In this document: positions 1-9,767 of the stretch, one piece after another
How the letters are laid out: every line of letters begins with the position of its first letter
Position numbering within the stretch: the stretch's first letter is position 1
From: an uncultured Planctomycetaceae bacterium
Lineage (GTDB): Bacteria; Planctomycetota; Planctomycetia; Planctomycetales; Planctomycetaceae
Direction of reading: 5' to 3'
Assembly (NCBI GenBank): GCA_963815195.1
Contig: CAWFGE010000015.1
Location: 672,001-736,000, forward strand
Length of the DNA: 64,000 nucleotides
Position numbers and translations under genes: made by a program
The notes under the pieces: generated by a model
Told to the model about the DNA's origin: nothing
The model's input: only the letters and a program-made list of their open reading frames with translations
Database searches by the model: none

Positions 1-717
1 GTTGCCGTAGAGATCGTTCAAGCGGTCCGGCGTCAGGTAGTTGCTGTAATCGTCCAACGCATTGCAGCCGCCGAACAGGTATTCCATGACGACGGGGCTG
101 CTGTTTAAGCGGATTTCATTCCACGCCAGGTCGCAGACTTCGTTCACCGTGGTGCGGGCGGCGGCACGGTTGGCGACGGGCTTGTTCCAATACTGGTCCC
201 GCAAAGTCACCCGCAGCCGGCGAACGCGGTCGGGGGCGACGTTCCGCAGATGCCGCTCCACAAACTTCGGGTTGCTGAGTGCGAGATAGAAGCTCTCGGT
301 GCCATGAGCCACGAACGACGTGGAACTCACCGGCTCGACATAGTTAGTTTGGATTTGGGAGAGGATGCGTTCGTAGCGGTCGAGAGCCGCCGAGCTGGGC
401 ATCCGCAGCAGTTGGTTTTCGAAGCTGGCATCGGCGTACCGGCGTTCGATGCCGAAGTGGATTTTCGACCGCCGGAGCCCGTATTGCAGGGATTTGTTGT
501 CGGGCCAGCCTTTGAGCGATTTTTCGTAATGCTCGATGGCGTCGAGCCATTTTTGCGAGCGTTCCAGATCGGCCCCGGTCAAAATCGCCGAGCGGGCCTC
601 TGGAGTCACCTCTTGGGCGACTCCGGCCGATGGACTGAAAACCATCAGCGAACACGCCCAGAAACCGAGCACGATGAGACAACTCATGGCGCGTGTGATC
701 GTCGATGCAAATCTCAT
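1..717 (-). CDS. S41-family carboxy-terminal processing protease, N-terminal part (runs off the window start)
   Basis: Manual translation (absent from the ORF track): MRFASTITRAMSCLIVLGFWACSLMVFSPSAGVAQE, a signal peptide, through ...VMEYLFGGCNALDDYSNYLTPDRLNDLYGN. The LDxYSxYLxP motif precedes the PDZ domain in CtpA/Prc-type proteases. Confidence 0.7.
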   Translation of the reverse strand, partial: MRFASTITRAMSCLIVLGFWACSLMVFSPSAGVAQEVTPEARSAILTGADLERSQKWLDAIEHYEKSLKGWPDNKSLQYGLRRSKIHFGIERRYADASFENQLLRMPSSAALDRYERILSQIQTNYVEPVSSTSFVAHGTESFYLALSNPKFVERHLRNVAPDRVRRLRVTLRDQYWNKPVANRAAARTTVNEVCDLAWNEIRLNSSPVVMEYLFGGCNALDDYSNYLTPDRLNDLYGN

Positions 718-1193
718 TATAGCCCCCTCACGATTCAACAAGGCCGGCCAGAAAATCGGGGAAGTTCATCACAGGAGTCATCTGGGAGGCGAACTGGCAA
801 CGTCTTGTTGAAAAGATGGAAAGTTTCATCGCGAACTGTTGCCCAGATGCAACCGTGCCTCGCGACCTAGTTGACTATAAGCCACGAATTTTCGGTCGTC
901 AAACATTGTCCGGGAGGAGTGCGCGGCAAAATCCGCACAATCCGCCCAGAATGTCCCCGATAGCCGGACTGGGACCGGATTTGGCAGATTGCGGGAATTA
1001 TCCTTCGGCGCAACGACCGGAAAAATCCGCACAATCGAAAGCCGGGCTTCGCGACAACCGCCACAGGCGGCACGAAAGGCGGCCATGGGTTACGATGGAA
1101 AAATTCAGCGCGAATGTAACGGCGGCTTTCCGCGGCGGGAAAGTTTCTTCCCGGTGGACACGTGCCGAGCGACAACTTCAGGACGCCTCACCC

Positions 1194-2489
1194 ATGCCTT
1201 TGCCCGCGTATCGACCGGTTCTTTCCGATGCTCCGCAGCTTTCGCGCGAACTGCGATTGCGGATCGAGTCCGACTATCACCGCTTCGCTCAAAGCGGCCT
1301 GCCCGGGGATCTCGAAGAGTATCTGTTGTCGGAATATCAAGTGGATATGGGGAGCACATACGGTGGACGCGCCATCAAGAATCCCTGGGGCAAAGCGTCC
1401 GGGCAACTCTCGATGACGGCCCGTCAGGTGGCGGACGACGTGGCGGCGGGGCTGGGTTTTGTTGTGCTCAAAACGGTGATCGCCCAGGACGAGACCGGCA
1501 CCCAAACCATGCGGGCCTGGGCCGTGCCGGAAGCCCGCATGCTCGTGGAACGCATCACCGGCAAGACCGGCGAGGAAGGCTGGACGGTCAGCTGGAAAGG
1601 CCGGGGCTGGTGGCAGTCCTTCGCGGATTATCTAGAACTGGTCCGCGAGTCCCAAACGCTCGCCCGAGGCACCGGCACGTTGATTGTCCCCTCGTGCAAG
1701 TTCCATCTCCCCACGCCCGGCGAACCCGCCTGGAAGACCGCGGAATACGATTACACCGTGGCCCAACTCTTCGCGGCGTGGGCCGGTCCCCTGGTCCGGC
1801 CCGAGCCGATGCCTCTGGAAAAAGATTTCAGCCCCACGCTCGCCGGCAGCGACCGGGCCACCGAAGCGGCCCAGATTCTCTCCTGGCTGCGCACCGTGCC
1901 CCGCTTGATTCGCGCCGCCGACGTGCCAACGGACGAACCCCCGAAGCCGCCGGTACTCGTCGGCCTGAAAATCTTCAACGCCCTGTTTGAAGATGAGTTC
2001 CAACTGGAGATGCTCCGCACGATCCATCAACCGGGGCCGGACCGGGCGGACTTTTATATCTATGGAAATCGGTTGTTCGATCCTCTGCGGGAATTTGAGA
2101 GGCACCAGGGCATCGCCTACGGCGGCCCGGATTTGAGCGACCGGAATCTCCGCGTGATGGCGGCGTTTCAAGAAGAGCTAGTGGCTGAAACCGATTCATC
2201 GCCGCTCGAATGGTCCGCGACGGGGAACATCACCACGGGGAAGATGGCGCTCGAGTATGCGCTCTGCGGTGCGAGCAGTTTTCAGCTGCACACGTTCTTC
2301 CAACTTCCGAACGACCAATACATCATGAAGCAAGGCTCCCGCACGGCACGGGCGATCCACGAGTTGTATTTTCACCCAGAGACGGGTTTTCTCGCCGGCC
2401 TCCATAACATCGCCCGGCGACTGGGGCTTTCCGGGACGCCGCTGCGGTTCGCCGACATCATCGGCCGCCGGTTGGAACTGATCGATTGA
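1194..2489 (+). CDS. Divergent dihydroorotate/dihydropyrimidine dehydrogenase-like FMN TIM-barrel protein
   Basis: Motifs IKNPWGKASGQLS, GFVVLKTV and SATGNITTGKMALEYALCGASSFQLHT resemble the DHOD-family FMN-binding segments. ATG at 1194 preferred over the long upstream ORF start. Confidence 0.6.
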   Translation: MPLPAYRPVLSDAPQLSRELRLRIESDYHRFAQSGLPGDLEEYLLSEYQVDMGSTYGGRAIKNPWGKASGQLSMTARQVADDVAAGLGFVVLKTVIAQDETGTQTMRAWAVPEARMLVERITGKTGEEGWTVSWKGRGWWQSFADYLELVRESQTLARGTGTLIVPSCKFHLPTPGEPAWKTAEYDYTVAQLFAAWAGPLVRPEPMPLEKDFSPTLAGSDRATEAAQILSWLRTVPRLIRAADVPTDEPPKPPVLVGLKIFNALFEDEFQLEMLRTIHQPGPDRADFYIYGNRLFDPLREFERHQGIAYGGPDLSDRNLRVMAAFQEELVAETDSSPLEWSATGNITTGKMALEYALCGASSFQLHTFFQLPNDQYIMKQGSRTARAIHELYFHPETGFLAGLHNIARRLGLSGTPLRFADIIGRRLELID

Positions 2490-2602
2490 AAGAACGCTGC
2501 GAACCTTTCGGATCATTCGCCGGTCTGTTGTTTCAATGAACCGGGGCGAGCGCCCGGCGGCTGATCGATCCGACAATTATTCCTCGAACGGAGGACGTTT
2601 CC

Positions 2603-3253
2603 ATAAACACCGAGCGCGGGTTATTTGATTTGATCCGGGAGAATCCCGACGACCTCACGCCGCGGTTGGTTTATGCCGATTGGTGCGACGAGCGGGGCGA
2701 TCCGCGGGGAGAGTTTATTCGCATCCAATGCGAGCTGGCGCTGCTCCGCGGCCATCAGGAGAATCGGCGGTTGCTGGAACTCCGGGAATCATTCTTGTGG
2801 GAGGAACACCGGCGGGAGTGGAACGGCGAGATTCACCGCCGACTCGCGGCGACGCCCTTAAAAAACCAGGTGGGCGCCCGGCGGGGTTTGATCCGCCACT
2901 GGGAATACGCGCGGGGTTTCGCGGAGTTTGCCATCGTCGAGCCGGAAGCTTTTCTCGATTTTCCCGAAGCCCTGTTCCAGATCGGCCCGCTCGGGCGGTT
3001 GAAGATTCTGCATGCGCGGGATCACATCCGGGAGATTTTGCGTTCGCCGTTTCTGCCCCGACTGCACACGCTCGAATTGGATTTGCCGGCGGTCAACCAG
3101 GAAACCGTCGAACGGCGGATTTTCGCGCAGCGGTCGCCCGCGGCGGATCATGTGCTCATCCTGCCGCTGCGATGCAGGCAGACGCCGCCCGATCCGGCGA
3201 CGCGGTTTTTTGATCGCGTGAGCCAGACCTGGCAGGCACTTTTCGGCCGCTGA
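2603..3253 (+). CDS. TIGR02996 domain-containing protein
   Basis: IRENPDDLTPRLVYADWCDERGDPRGEFIRIQCELA is the TIGR02996 signature. The start is probably the ATA at 2603 behind GGAGG (the ORF track uses TTG 2630). Confidence 0.85.
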   Translation: MNTERGLFDLIRENPDDLTPRLVYADWCDERGDPRGEFIRIQCELALLRGHQENRRLLELRESFLWEEHRREWNGEIHRRLAATPLKNQVGARRGLIRHWEYARGFAEFAIVEPEAFLDFPEALFQIGPLGRLKILHARDHIREILRSPFLPRLHTLELDLPAVNQETVERRIFAQRSPAADHVLILPLRCRQTPPDPATRFFDRVSQTWQALFGR

Positions 3254-3285
3254 AGGGCTGAAAGAATGCGGCGGTTCGGGATGTC

Positions 3286-3801
3286 TCAGGTGTCCAATTC
3301 CGCTTCGCGAAACTTCGAGGCGGCGGCGACGGCGAGTTCGTCGCAGCGCTCGTTCTCGGGATGCCCGGCGTGGCCTTTGACGAGCGTAAATCTCACGTCG
3401 TGCGCGGAGAGCAGTTCGTCAAGCTGTTTCCAAAGCTCCACGTTCTTGACGGGCTTCCAGCGAGATTTCTCCCGCCGCCGCCAGCCGTTGGCTTTCCAGT
3501 TGGGCATCCACTCGCGGCAGCCGTGGGCGACGTAGGTGCTGTCTGTGACGATTTCCACCCTCGAACGTTTGGTGAGGGCTTTGAGGCCCTGGATCACGGC
3601 CTGCATTTCCATCTGGTTGTTCGTGGTGTGCGCTTCGCCGCCGGAGGCTTCTTTTTCGGTTCCGGTCGCGGGGTGGCGCAGCATGTATCCCCAGCCGCCC
3701 GGGCCGGGATTTCCCTGGCAGGCACCATCCGTGAACAATTGAACGAACGGCAAAGCGGGCGGGGCACCCGATGCGGGCGCGTCGGCGGGTTCGTCAGGCA
3801 T
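3286..3801 (-). CDS. rnhA: Ribonuclease HI
   Basis: LFTDGACQGNPGPGGWG, TTNNQME, TDSTYV, VKGHAGHPENERCDELA. Confidence 0.97.
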   Translation of the reverse strand: MPDEPADAPASGAPPALPFVQLFTDGACQGNPGPGGWGYMLRHPATGTEKEASGGEAHTTNNQMEMQAVIQGLKALTKRSRVEIVTDSTYVAHGCREWMPNWKANGWRRREKSRWKPVKNVELWKQLDELLSAHDVRFTLVKGHAGHPENERCDELAVAAASKFREAELDT

Positions 3802-3851
3802 GGGGAGACGGACGGGATGACAGGTAGCGGTGAGAAATCCAGCAGCCGCGG

Positions 3852-4070
3852 CTAACGTTCGCGGTAGACGATTCGTCCGCGGTTCAGGTCGTAGGGCGAA
3901 ACTTCCACGATCACTCGATCGCCCGGCACAATCCGAATAAAGTGTTTTCGCATCTTGCCCGCCACGTGCGCGAGCACTTCATGTCCGTTGTCCAGTTCCA
4001 CCCGGAACTGGGTGTTCGCCAGCGCTTCGGTCACATTTCCTTCAACTTGAATGGCCTCTTCTTTGGCCAT
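3852..4070 (-). CDS. infA: Translation initiation factor IF-1
   Basis: [11 protein letters not shown]...[36 protein letters not shown], 72 aa. Confidence 0.99.
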   Translation of the reverse strand: MAKEEAIQVEGNVTEALANTQFRVELDNGHEVLAHVAGKMRKHFIRIVPGDRVIVEVSPYDLNRGRIVYRER

Positions 4071-4328
4071 ATAAAACCGTCCTTTTCAACGAGAACGCGG
4101 GAAGAATCCCGAAATTTTCCACGGATGGTCCGCCATCCGTCCCTAAAATGAGTATAGCGGGCCGATCTGCCACCGGGAAGGCAGATTTTCCCCGCTGGGG
4201 TTTTGACCCACCTGGGTTTATCATCTATCCTTACTCTATGTGCGGCGTGCCCCCGCCCGTTGGTTATGGTGATCCCTCAATTCTCCTTCCCTATTTACCA
4301 GGCAACAACTGATCGGGAGAGCGAGGTT

Positions 4329-4502
4329 ATGAAAGCAATCCAGGCATTTTTCCGAGATGACGAGGCCGCAACTGCCGTCGAATATGCCGTGATGTTGGCG
4401 ATGATTCTGGTGACAGTGATCGCCGCCATCAGTTCCGTGGGTTCCACCACGGGCGGCATGTGGGGCGACATCAAAAGCGATTTGAACGCTCACGGATTCT
4501 AG
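4329..4502 (+). CDS. flp: Flp/Fap type IVb pilin
   Basis: FFRDDEAATAVEYAVMLAMILVTVIAAI prepilin motif; GAGG RBS upstream. Confidence 0.9.
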   Translation: MKAIQAFFRDDEAATAVEYAVMLAMILVTVIAAISSVGSTTGGMWGDIKSDLNAHGF

Positions 4503-4528
4503 CCGGAGTCCGGGCGGGAGGTCCGCGA

Positions 4529-5252
4529 TTGCAAAGTTTTATCGCGTTGGGCGGCAATCTGGGAAACGTGGAAAACACGTTTCAATCCGCTCTCAATGAT
4601 TTAGCCCTCCATCCTGACATCGCCGTGCGGAAGGTCAGTTCCACTTTTCACACCCCGCCGATGGGAGGCGAGGCCGGAGTTTCCTACTCAAACGCGGCGG
4701 CCGAACTCGATGTGACCTGCCCGCCGCTGGAACTGTTGGACCATCTGCAAACGGCCGAAATCCGCCACGGCCGCGAGCGCGCGAAACATTGGGGGCCGCG
4801 GACGCTCGATCTGGATTTGCTCTTTTACGGGGACGAAGTGCTTTCCCATCCCCGGCTCACGCTGCCGCACCCTGGCTGCTGGTATCGCCGCTTCGTCCTC
4901 GATCCGCTCGCCGAGATCGCTTCCGAGGTTCTCCACCCCGTGAAAAAACTCACCATCGGCGAACTCCGCATGCGCCTGTTGGACCGCCCGTTCAAAGTCG
5001 GCGTCGCCGGCGGCGAACCGGAGGAGAACCATCACCTCGCCGCAGAACTGTCCGCCGACATTTCCCGAGTTGAGATCTCGCACTGGTCGCCCGGCGAACG
5101 ATCCCGCACTTTTATTATGGCTGGGATCGCCGGGCGATCGAAACCCGACCTTCGCCGAATTACCGCTTTTGCCCCGACTCGATTTGACGCAGTTCCCGGA
5201 ACCGATTGCGGCTGCCGCCCGCCATGTGCTGAGCGCGGCATTGGGTTTATAA
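4529..5252 (+). CDS. folK: 2-amino-4-hydroxy-6-hydroxymethyldihydropteridine diphosphokinase with C-terminal extension (frameshift near 5095)
   Basis: FIALGGNLG, YSNAAAEL, WGPRTLDLDLLFYG, LTLPHP, RRFVLDPLAEIA. The tail continues in another frame (...LLLWLG...LSAALGL*, stop at 5252). Confidence 0.9.
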
Positions 5253-5255
5253 GAA

Positions 5256-6266
5256 TCACAGCGGCAGCTTATGCGGTTCGCCGGGGATTTCGCGGACCAG
5301 ACGGGGAACAGCGTAACCGGGGAGCCGGCGGCGAAGTTCCGCAATCAGGGCTCTCGCGGTTTCATCGGCCACCGCGAAATGGGCGGTCCCCGTCACGCGG
5401 TCGGTTTGATGAACGTAATAAGGCATCACGCCCAAGTCGATCAGCCGCTCGCTGAGATCCGCCAAGGCGTCGGCGGAATCGTTGACGTCTCTCAGCAGCA
5501 CCGATTGATTGAGCACGGTCACCCCGGCCCGCACCAAAGTTCTTAAAGCCTCGGCGCAGTCGGCTGCGACTTCGCGGGGATGATTGGCGTGCACGACGAC
5601 GATGGGCGTCAGCCGGGAAGTTCGGAGTTGGTGGAGGAATCTTCCCGTCACGCGGTCGGGCAGCACGATCGGCAACCGGGTATGCAGCCGAATTCGCTTG
5701 AGATGAGGAACCTGTTCCAGTCGGCTCCAGAGCTTCGCCAGCCGGTCGTCGGTGAGCATCAACGGATCGCCGCCGCTTAAGAGGATCTCCCGAAGCGAAG
5801 CATCACCTTCGATTGCCTGAAACGCCGGTTCCCAATCCTCCAGCCGCCGGGGTTCCTCGCCGTAGGGGTAATGCCGGCGGAAGCAGTATCGGCAATGGAC
5901 GGCACACGCTCCCGTGGCGATCAACAGCGCCCGCCCGGCATATTTTTTCAAAAGGCCCGGCGCCAGATGGGCCTGGGCTTCCTCCAGAGCATCCACCCGG
6001 TAGCCCGGCGTCTCTCCGAACTCCGCCCCCAAAGGCAGCACCTGGAGCAAAAGCGGATCTCGCGGATTCCCCGGTTCCATCCGGGCCAAAAAACTGCGGG
6101 GGACCAGCAGAGGAAACAACTCCGCCGCCCGCCGGGCCGGTTCTAAAACCTCCGCCGGCAACCGCAGTTCCGATACCAACATGTCCGCGTCTCGCACCGC
6201 CTCCGCCAACGAGCGATGCCAAGTGTCGGTCGCGGACGATTCGGAAACAGGAAAAGAGAGGGACAT
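5256..6266 (-). CDS. epmB: EF-P beta-lysylation radical SAM protein (KamA/lysine 2,3-aminomutase family)
   Basis: KYAGRALLIATGACAVHCRYCFRRHYPY (CxxxCxxC), LLSGGDPL, HANHPRE, NQSVLLRDVND, LPGYAVPRLVREIPG. Confidence 0.92.
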   Translation of the reverse strand: MSLSFPVSESSATDTWHRSLAEAVRDADMLVSELRLPAEVLEPARRAAELFPLLVPRSFLARMEPGNPRDPLLLQVLPLGAEFGETPGYRVDALEEAQAHLAPGLLKKYAGRALLIATGACAVHCRYCFRRHYPYGEEPRRLEDWEPAFQAIEGDASLREILLSGGDPLMLTDDRLAKLWSRLEQVPHLKRIRLHTRLPIVLPDRVTGRFLHQLRTSRLTPIVVVHANHPREVAADCAEALRTLVRAGVTVLNQSVLLRDVNDSADALADLSERLIDLGVMPYYVHQTDRVTGTAHFAVADETARALIAELRRRLPGYAVPRLVREIPGEPHKLPL

Positions 6267-6447
6267 CGGAGCAATCTGCTGGTGGTTTTACATCGAGGAA
6301 TCGAACGATTCATCGTAGGCGATGCCGAACGGACCTTCAAACCTCGTGTGGAAAGAAAGACGGATATTGAAGCCGATCCGGCCGGGCCGTAAAATTCCCG
6401 ATCTCAGTGTTTCCAAAAAAGCTGAAGAAATTGGTTTTGGCTTTCAA

Positions 6448-6517
6448 GAGCCGCGCACGAAGTAAGCGGTTTTCAGGGATTCAGATAATGCAAAACCGCT
6501 TACTTCGTGCGCGGCTC
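6448..6517. repeat. REP-like perfect inverted repeat (family A)
   Basis: gagccgcgcacgaagtaagcggtttt (6448-6473) and aaaaccgcttacttcgtgcgcggctc (6492-6517). Same family at 63193-63305. Confidence 0.9.
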
Positions 6518-6581
6518 AGGCTTTTTTGGAACGACTGGATCTGGTTTTTTCGATCCATTGGTTCTTTTGGAAAGTGCCCGA

Positions 6582-6926
6582 ATGCGTCCCGTGGCCTCTG
6601 CGATTTTGTTCTTGTGCGCAAGCAATGTGTTCATGACGTTCGCCTGGTATGCCCACCTCAAGGAGCTCAATCACAAGCCCTGGTTTTGGGCGGTGCTGTT
6701 TAGCTGGGGCATCGCGTTTTTCGAGTACATGCTGCAAGTCCCCGGCAACCGCATCGGCCACACCGCGCTCTCGGTCGGCCAGCTCAAAATCCTGCAGGAA
6801 GCGATCACGCTGTCGGTCTTCGTGCCGTTCGCCGTACTCTATATGCGGGAACCACTCAAACTCGACTACCTCTGGGCCGCGCTGTGCGTCGTGGGGGCGG
6901 TGTACTTCATCTTCCGCGCTGCATAA
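6582..6926 (+). CDS. DMT-superfamily small membrane protein
   Basis: SNVFMTFAWYAHLK...SWGIAFFEYMLQVPGNRIG...QLKILQEAITL. Confidence 0.9.
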   Translation: MRPVASAILFLCASNVFMTFAWYAHLKELNHKPWFWAVLFSWGIAFFEYMLQVPGNRIGHTALSVGQLKILQEAITLSVFVPFAVLYMREPLKLDYLWAALCVVGAVYFIFRAA

Positions 6927-7010
6927 AGCTTCAAACAGGGGTGCGTGTTTCGAAAGTCCGTGAATTTTAGGTTGCGGTCCTGCCAATGATCTCAAGACGA
7001 TTTCTGGATT

Positions 7011-7226
7011 TCAGCCGCGAAGCGGCGGCAGCAGATAGCTGCCGGCGTGAGCCGGCAGATCCCGGAATCTCGCAAAATGCCGAGCCGCGAAGCGGCGACA
7101 GCAGTCTTCATTCCTGGGGAGAACGGAGGTTCGCTGTCGCCGCTTCGCGGCTTTCGATTTTTCCTTCCTCGTCTCACGGCACGGGCTTACGCCCGTGGCT
7201 ACATGCTGCCGCCGCTACGCGGCTGA
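7011..7226. repeat. Nested inverted-repeat element (REP/MITE-like)
   Basis: agccgcgaagcggcg(g/a)cagc at 7013 and 7083, inverted copies at 7133 and 7205, and internal hairpins ctgccggc-gtga-gccggcag and cacgggc-ttac-gcccgtg. Lies between convergent genes. Confidence 0.85.
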
Positions 7227-7233
7227 GAACCGA

Positions 7234-8232
7234 TCAGGACTTCTTCGCTTCTTTCGCGGTCAGGCGGCTGAGGCGGAGGTTGCGGTCGTAGTGGGCGGTG
7301 GCGAGGGTGAGGCCGTCGGGGGAGAGGTCCATGCCGCGGAGGGTGTCTTTGAGCTTGAGCTTGTGGTATTCCTTGTCGCTGTCGGGTTTCCAGAAGATCA
7401 GATTCCCGCCGCCCGAACCGCCGGAACCGGCCGCGAGGGAGCCATCGGCAAGATACACCACCCGCCAGGCGACGCCGCGAACACCGGCGGCCACGTGGGA
7501 GCGGGTTTTCTTTTGGGATTCCCAATCGAAGACGACGACCAACGGATCATTCACCGCTCCCAAGGGGTTGCTGGCATTGTGAAGTCCGCAGCAGGCGAGC
7601 GATTTGCCGTCGGGACTGAACGCCAAATCCCGCACGCCGCCGTAGTCCACCTGCTGGCCTTTGTTGTAGCTGTGGAGATCCTTGGCATCGAAGGTGCGGG
7701 CGAGTTTGCCGGTTTTGAGATCCCACTGATGCACCTGCCCGCGCAAATCGCCCGAGAGCAGAAACTCGCCGCTCGGATGAAACCGCGTGCTGTAAACGTG
7801 GCTTTCGTGCCCGGCGAACTCGCGGACCAGGCTGCCGTCGGCGTTCCAGAGCTTGACCAACAAATCGTTGCCTCCGCTCGCCAGATATTTTCCGTCCGGG
7901 CTGACTGAGACCGAGCGAATCCACCCCGCGTGGGCTTTGATGCTTTTGACGGGTTCGGGTTTCTCGGCGGCGGTGGACCAGAAGATGAGCTGGTCGTCGC
8001 TGCCGGCCGAGACGAGCGTTTCGCCTTCGTTCAAAAACGCGAAATCGCGGATCCAACTTTCATGGGCCGGCCAGGTGGTCAGTTTTCCGGATGGCAGTTC
8101 CCAGCGCTGGATCGAATAATCTTCCGCGCTCGAAAATACATATCGGCCCTGCGGATCGAACCGGCAGGTAATCAGCGGGGCCGCGTGCTTCCACTCGGCG
8201 ATGATGTGCGTTTGCTTGGGATCGAGATTCAT
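7234..8232 (-). CDS. WD40-repeat beta-propeller protein
   Basis: Repeated AH/GH...FSPDG..LASGG.D..VKLW units. Confidence 0.92.
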   Translation of the reverse strand: MNLDPKQTHIIAEWKHAAPLITCRFDPQGRYVFSSAEDYSIQRWELPSGKLTTWPAHESWIRDFAFLNEGETLVSAGSDDQLIFWSTAAEKPEPVKSIKAHAGWIRSVSVSPDGKYLASGGNDLLVKLWNADGSLVREFAGHESHVYSTRFHPSGEFLLSGDLRGQVHQWDLKTGKLARTFDAKDLHSYNKGQQVDYGGVRDLAFSPDGKSLACCGLHNASNPLGAVNDPLVVVFDWESQKKTRSHVAAGVRGVAWRVVYLADGSLAAGSGGSGGGNLIFWKPDSDKEYHKLKLKDTLRGMDLSPDGLTLATAHYDRNLRLSRLTAKEAKKS

Positions 8233-8259
8233 GGGAATTCAAGAGTCAAAAAGTAAAAG

Positions 8260-8390
8260 AGGCGAGCGTGGGGCGTTAGGCCCATGATGTCTCGCGATCG
8301 CTTCGATTTGCTGATGTTCTAAGGTCAATTGCGTTCTCGGGCGTTTTTTTGGCTCCGAGAAATCATGGGGCTCACGCCCCACGCTCGCCT
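8260..8390. repeat. REP-like 29-bp inverted repeat pair
   Basis: aggcgagcgtggggcgttaggcccatgat (8260-8288) versus atcatggggctcacgccccacgctcgcct (8362-8390), 2 mismatches. Confidence 0.8.
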
Positions 8391-9668
8391 TTAGCTTAAT
8401 AGTTCCGCAATCGTTTGGCGGGACGGATCCGCGAGGGGGATGGGGCGGCCGCCGACGTCGAAATGGTCGGTGGAATCGAGGCCGATCGCGTCGAGGTAGG
8501 TGTGGAACAGATGCCCGTGGTCCACTTGCCGATCTGCGACGGCGGTGCCGTTTTTGTTCGTCTCGCCGATGACCGCACCGGGCTGCACGCGACCGCCGCC
8601 GAGGCACACCGACCACGCGGTGCCCCAATGATCGCGGCCGTAGCGGGCGTTGATCTTGGGCGTGCGGCCGAACTCGGACATGACCACGACGAGCGTGGAT
8701 TCCAAAAGTCCCCGCTCAAAAAGGTCGCCCACCAGCGCGGAGAACGCCTGGTCGAACTCGCCGAGTTGTTCCAGGTGAAAATTGAAGTTCTCGTTGTGGG
8801 TGTCGTAGTTGGAGTGCGACACCTGCACGAAGGGGATGCCGTTCTCTAGCAGCCGGCGGGCCATCAGGCAGTGCCGGCCGAAGTCGAACTTGCCGTACTT
8901 TTCAAACTCCGCGGCGGGCTCTTTATTGACGTCGAACACGTCCCGCTGCTCCATCAGGTCGAGGGCTTGCTCGTAGTTGGAGGTATAAACGTCGGTCTCG
9001 GCCGTCCGGCGTTTGAGCGAGAAACGATCGTTGGCCTTCCGGCGGAAATCGTGGCGAAGCTGGTCGGCCTGTTCGCTGATCGAACCCGGCCGGGCGGAGT
9101 TGGCGGGCGGGTTTCCGTTCAAGGAAATGCCGTCGTACTTCGGTCCGAGATAGGCCGAGGAGTTGCGGCCGCCGCTGGGAATGTGAATATGCCCCGGCAG
9201 CGGGTTCGCGGGGATCTCCAGGGCCTTCGCGCAGACGGCCCCCAAGTGCGGGAACTGGGATCCCGGCGTTTGGTTGCGGCCGTGGGTCATTTGATACCGG
9301 CCTTTGCCGTGGTCATTGTTCTTGGTGTTGATGCTGCGGATGAGGGCGAGTTTCCCCATGTGCTTGGCCGTCTTCGGCAAGAGTTCGGAAATGTGCACGC
9401 CCGGGACCGCGGTGGGAATCGCCCGGAACGGCCCGCCGGTGTCGGTCTTGGGCTTGGGATCCCAGCTTTCAAGCTGGCTGAGTCCCCCCGACATATACAC
9501 CACCAGCACCCGTTTTTGGTCTTTCATCAATTTCTGCGTGGAAGCGGGAGCGGCCAAGGCCCCCATGCCGCCCGCGAGCAACCCGCCGGTGCCCGCAAGC
9601 ATTCCGCCCAGAAAGTTGCGACGGGCCAGGGTGTGTTCTTCGGACTGGCAAGCGTAGTCACATTTCAT
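8391..9668 (-). CDS. DUF1501 family protein (Tat-like signal)
   Basis: ARRNFL twin-arginine motif; GGLSQLESWDPKP, FGRHCLMARRLLENG, YDTH, SEFGRTPKIN..GRDHW. Confidence 0.92.
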   Translation of the reverse strand: MKCDYACQSEEHTLARRNFLGGMLAGTGGLLAGGMGALAAPASTQKLMKDQKRVLVVYMSGGLSQLESWDPKPKTDTGGPFRAIPTAVPGVHISELLPKTAKHMGKLALIRSINTKNNDHGKGRYQMTHGRNQTPGSQFPHLGAVCAKALEIPANPLPGHIHIPSGGRNSSAYLGPKYDGISLNGNPPANSARPGSISEQADQLRHDFRRKANDRFSLKRRTAETDVYTSNYEQALDLMEQRDVFDVNKEPAAEFEKYGKFDFGRHCLMARRLLENGIPFVQVSHSNYDTHNENFNFHLEQLGEFDQAFSALVGDLFERGLLESTLVVVMSEFGRTPKINARYGRDHWGTAWSVCLGGGRVQPGAVIGETNKNGTAVADRQVDHGHLFHTYLDAIGLDSTDHFDVGGRPIPLADPSRQTIAELLS

Positions 9669-9767
9669 CGTTCCGTCTCCCGTCGAAAGGTGAGTGGATG
9701 GTGTATTGAAAAGTTGTTTCGTGCCTAGGCAAAACGCTACGATCGCGGAGCGATCGGCGACCGACCT

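Noticed and set aside
250..1190. Plus-strand ORFs 250..870 and the N-terminal extension of 816..2489
   Set aside because: Shadow ORFs opposite the S41 protease gene and across its divergent promoter region, with no recognisable motifs.
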